A DNA stretch of 64,000 nucleotides from Candidatus Multivoradales bacterium (GTDB lineage: Bacteria > Acidobacteriota > Thermoanaerobaculia > Multivoradales > JAHEKO01), in contig CBDCXM010000009.1 in NCBI GenBank assembly GCA_965223855.1, forward strand, positions 2,272,001-2,336,000. The letters are read 5' to 3'. Each line of letters starts with the position of its first letter. Position 1 is the stretch's first letter. A program made the position numbers and the translations under genes. The notes beneath the pieces are model-generated. The model worked only from the letters and a program-made list of their open reading frames with translations, made no database searches and had not been told where the DNA came from. This document shows, piece by piece, positions 60,690 to 64,000 of this stretch.

Positions 60690-62678
60690 TCAACGCGAGG
60701 AGCTCCCATCGTCGCTTGTCGACTTCCGGCGGCGCTCTGCGAGCCAGGCGTCGAGGTCTTCTCGGGCGTAGACGACCCGACGGCCGAGTTTGGAGAACGC
60801 GGGGCCACCGCCTCGAGAGCGCATCGTCTCCAGGGACGCTGGGCTGATGCTGAGGTACTGAGCAGCCAACGGTGTCGTGAACGCGCCGGGTTCCGAGAGC
60901 GGGCTGACGCCGGCTGGCGGAGCCGCTGCTCGCGGGCGTCTGGGCCGTCGACGTCTTGGTTCTTTGTCTTGGTTCGGCGGTCGTAAGGGAGGTGGGTGGG
61001 GAAGGAGGGGCGGAGCGAGAAGCTCCTCGAATTCTTGAAGATGTCCTAGACGGACCTTCGGCCGAACAGCATCTTCTGACTGTGAGGCCAGCGCTTCTTC
61101 GAAGCGCTGAGCGGAAACGGAATCGTCCAGAAGAGTGACGACGACGTCGAAACCAGCTTCGAGGTCTTTGCGGATGTTCTCGAGGACGTGGCCCTCGGTC
61201 ATCTCGACCTCGATCGCGAGGTTCTTCCTCCCCACGGACACTAGAAGGTCTACGCGGGCGCCTTCCGACTCATCCTCAATGGAAGTGGAGAAGCCTTGTT
61301 CCTCGAGCCAATCGGCGATCGTCTTGACCCACCACTGGTGGGCGATGCCGCCGCGGCCGTATCCACTCGGTGCAGCGATGCCGAAGTCGGAGAGGAGCTG
61401 CCGGCCGGCCCGGGTGAACTCAAGAAGGATGAAACGCTCGCCACGGCCGCCGGGATTGACCGGCACCTCGCGGGCGAGATCTGCGTCGAGGACCGCCTTC
61501 TTGATCTCGCCTCCCTTCCACGCGCTCAAGCCGAGGTGCTCGTTCCGCTGACGGATCGAGAGGAACGGCTCCGTCGCCACGGATTCCAGGTAGTCGAGCT
61601 GCTCCTTGTCCAGCTGCGGCTCTGGGGGTTGCTCCCGGACTTTTTGCTCCCGGCCGCTTCCACTGGGTGAGGCGGCCTCGGCCTCCTCTTCCGTGGCCTG
61701 CCGCTGAGTCGGCGGATCAGCGGCGGAGCTCTCACTGGCCTCCCGGTGGTCCTCAGCAGGAGCACCGGCCCAGCGTCTCCTCGAGAGATCCTGAATCGTC
61801 GCTCGTCGTCGATTGGCCTCCGTGGGATCGAGTCTCGGGAGCCGCTCCGTCTTCAGGTTGAAGTCCGCATCCCGAGAACCGGCGCGGCAGATCGCTTCCC
61901 CAATACTCAGCCCCATCAGGTCGTCGGGGTCGAAGAAGGCGAAGCCCTTCTCGAGCTGCCTCGCATCCGCCTCACCCACTCGGAAGCAGACCCGGGTGTA
62001 GGCGTTGGCCAGCAACGAGCGTTCCACCTCGGGGACCGAAGCGTGAAGCTGATGGAGGTCCTGGTGGGCGACGGTGAGTCCCAGACCGTATTTCCTAACG
62101 CCCGAGAAAAGAGACGCCATCGACGGGGTCGCCACGTGATGAAACTCGTCGATGTAGAGAAAGAATGGCCGCCTCGTGCTCGCTTCCTGGCGCGACCGAG
62201 CCATGGTTACCTGGTGGATCTTCGAAACCAGAAGTGACCCCAGGAGTGCGGCGTTCTCCTCTCCTATGGCTCCAGATGCGAGCTTGCCTAGGAAGATGAG
62301 GCCACCATCAGTCACTTCTCGGAAGTCCAGTCTCGGTCTGCGTGCCGTCACGACGTTGCGTACGAGTCGTGACCGAAGAAAGGTGTCGAGCCGGGTCAAG
62401 ATCGGCGCCTGCGGCCGCTTGCCGATCAACATTGGAAACTCGGTCTCCCAGAACGAGGTGACGTGAGGGTCAGCGACCGTCGCGAGGATCTCCTTGCGGA
62501 AGTCCTCTTCGATCAGGAACCGTCGTAGATCGACCAGCGTTCCTCCACGCCTGCTCTCAAGGAAGACCATGATGGCGTTCGCGAGAACGGCGGTCATCTG
62601 GTCGCCCCAGGACGTCGAGAGTCGCCGGAAGACGCCTACGAGATCAGAAGCCAGGAGGTCCTTTTCGGTCTCAGTCTC
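60690..62678 (-). pseudogene. 5'-truncated VirD4/TraD-like coupling ATPase fused to a PD-(D/E)XK-like domain and C-terminal AlpA/excisionase-type HTH
   Basis: Walker B FFLYIDEFH, RKYGLGLTVAHQ, H..W...VDLL...AIEVE and GGGPAFSKLGRRVVYAREDLDAWL motifs; Walker A absent, coding signal stops near 62678. Confidence 0.75.
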
Positions 62679-62680
62679 CG

Positions 62681-63313
62681 GCGCTCGGCTACGGCAAAGG
62701 GCTGCATGACGCCCTGTCCGAGATCCACAAGCGGGCCCTCGACGGCGACATCGTCACGAAGACGTCGGCTGCGGCACTCGTCGACCGGCACCTGCACACA
62801 CCATTCGCGTATCCCGCGTTGCGAGGCCAGCTCCGAGACGCAGGCGTCCAGGCAATCGAGCGGTATTTCGACACTCACGGCCAGGAGATCGCCAACACGG
62901 AGTTCTCCGAGAAGCAGATCCAGGTCCACATCGCACCCGGCATCACAGTCGACGGTCGTATCGACCTCATTCGTCGTCTCGACACTGATGAAGTAGCGGT
63001 CGTCGACTTCAAGTCCAGCGAGCGAGCCCAGGCCGAGGACGTGACACGAGACCAGCTTCACGTCTACGCCGTCGGGTATCAGGCACTCGCAGGAGAATCA
63101 GCGGACTTGATCGAGGTACTGAACCTCGACGAGAAGGGCAAGACGACCCGAGAGCAAGTGAACGAACCGCTCTTGAACTCCGTCAGGCACCGCATCCGTG
63201 ACGCCGGCGAAGCGCTACGTACAGGCGAACTCCCGCGGCTTGCCGAATGGGACAACCATACGTGTGGGTCATGTGACCTCGTCGGCCTTTGCCGGACCCG
63301 TCTCGAGTCCTGA
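62681..63313 (+). pseudogene. C-terminal PD-(D/E)XK nuclease fragment of a UvrD/AddA-like helicase-nuclease
   Basis: Frame reads ALGYGKGLHDALSEIH...GRIDLI...VVDFKS...QLHVYA...CGSCD...C with no start or helicase part. Confidence 0.75.
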
Positions 63314-63390
63314 GGCACTCTACGTTCTCGAGTGCCGTATCCCACCGCTGATCTCTAACCACGGGCTCGGCCCCCGAAGTGTCTAGTTGC

Positions 63391-63511
63391 ATTTCAAGAG
63401 CGGCGCTCCACAAACTGGTCTCGTCCCCTGAGGGAACTGGCAGAAGAACTCGACCTGTCAGGCGTTGGGCTGGCAAAGGCGTGTAGGCGGCTCGCGCAGT
63501 CGCTGACGTAG
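63391..63511 (+). pseudogene. Short HTH gene remnant
   Basis: ISRAALHKLV then, after a frame change, PLRELAEELDLSGVGLAKACRRL; resembles 'SREELY..VW..P...LA...G.S.VGL.K.C' proteins of mobile elements. Confidence 0.45.
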
Positions 63512-63570
63512 CTAGCTGGGCCAGTGTACTCGGCGCTGGTTGATTCGCGCGACCTGATAGTCTGAAGCAG

Positions 63571-64000
63571 ATGAGACAATGGGTTGGCGTTGTCGCCCTT
63601 CTTGGCCACTTGGCGTGTTCGAGCGAGCGTGAGTTCGAGGCCGCACAGCAAGCTCTTGAGAGCAGGAACTTCGCCGAGGCGATTGAGAGGTTCGAGGCCC
63701 TAGCAAACAAGGGTCATCCTCAAGCGCAGGGCTGGCTTGGGGACATGTATTGCCAGTACCAGTACGAACAGCTTGGGCGCGAAAAGCCAGTCGAGAAGAA
63801 CGAGGAGCTTGGCCGGAAGTGGCTCTTGGAGGCTGCGAAGAACGGTTCCCTTACGGCGCAGAATTCGCTCGCGATCTTCTACTCCCATGGGGCGTGTGGC
63901 TTCGAAGCAAGTACCACGGAAGCGATGCACTGGTGGAAAGAGGCTGCGGAAAGCGGCCATCCCTTCGCGCTTTCGCAACTGGCCAACGAGTATTTCTACG
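63571..64000 (+). CDS. Sel1-like repeat (TPR) protein, probable lipoprotein; runs off the window end
   Basis: MRQWVGVVALLGHLAC lipobox-like start; LANKGHPQAQGWLGDMY, AAKNGSLTAQNSLAIFY and AAESGHPFALSQLA repeats. Confidence 0.8.
   Translation, partial: MRQWVGVVALLGHLACSSEREFEAAQQALESRNFAEAIERFEALANKGHPQAQGWLGDMYCQYQYEQLGREKPVEKNEELGRKWLLEAAKNGSLTAQNSLAIFYSHGACGFEASTTEAMHWWKEAAESGHPFALSQLANEYFY

Larger units (their letters stand above)
60626..64000. mobile_element. Left end of a genomic island integrated at tRNA-Phe (continues past the window)
   Basis: Visible drop in GC, IHF-like site and tandem 9-bp repeats after the tRNA, coupling-protein/excisionase-like gene, gene fragments. Confidence 0.75.

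Overview
GC-rich bacterial chromosome segment from a diderm, LPS-making organism (kdsA/B/C, kpsF, lipid A acyltransferase, LolA). Gene content is compatible with Acidobacteriota, but that is inference only. Most of the window is housekeeping: sdhAB, a two-permease RND efflux locus, tilS-ftsH-folP-cdaA-cdaR-glmM-pdxJ, sodA, four tRNAs, rpmG, tatA/B-tatC, pyrG and the Kdo genes, ispB and purH. The most notable feature is an 18.1-24.1 kb locus of two divergent arms: a CmpX-like channel, DUF937 and a Kbp-like BON-LysM protein on one side; mscL, DUF3465, an ECF sigma, a small partner protein and an MscS-like channel on the other. Each arm is preceded by the same motif, TGTGACT-N14-CGGTC, which suggests a self-contained, possibly mechanosensing ECF regulon. 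Also seen: two families of intergenic palindromic repeats, a SigW-like module with an internal promoter, a sigma54 promoter ahead of an ArsR regulator, and a vanadium haloperoxidase next to SOD. The left end of a genomic island at tRNA-Phe carries att-like signals, an unusual coupling-ATPase/nuclease/excisionase-HTH fusion and a sharp deletion junction. Two clusters of indels (about 10.5-11.5 kb and 22.9-23.8 kb) may be sequencing errors rather than true pseudogenes. All family calls come from motif recognition by eye; no database search was run.
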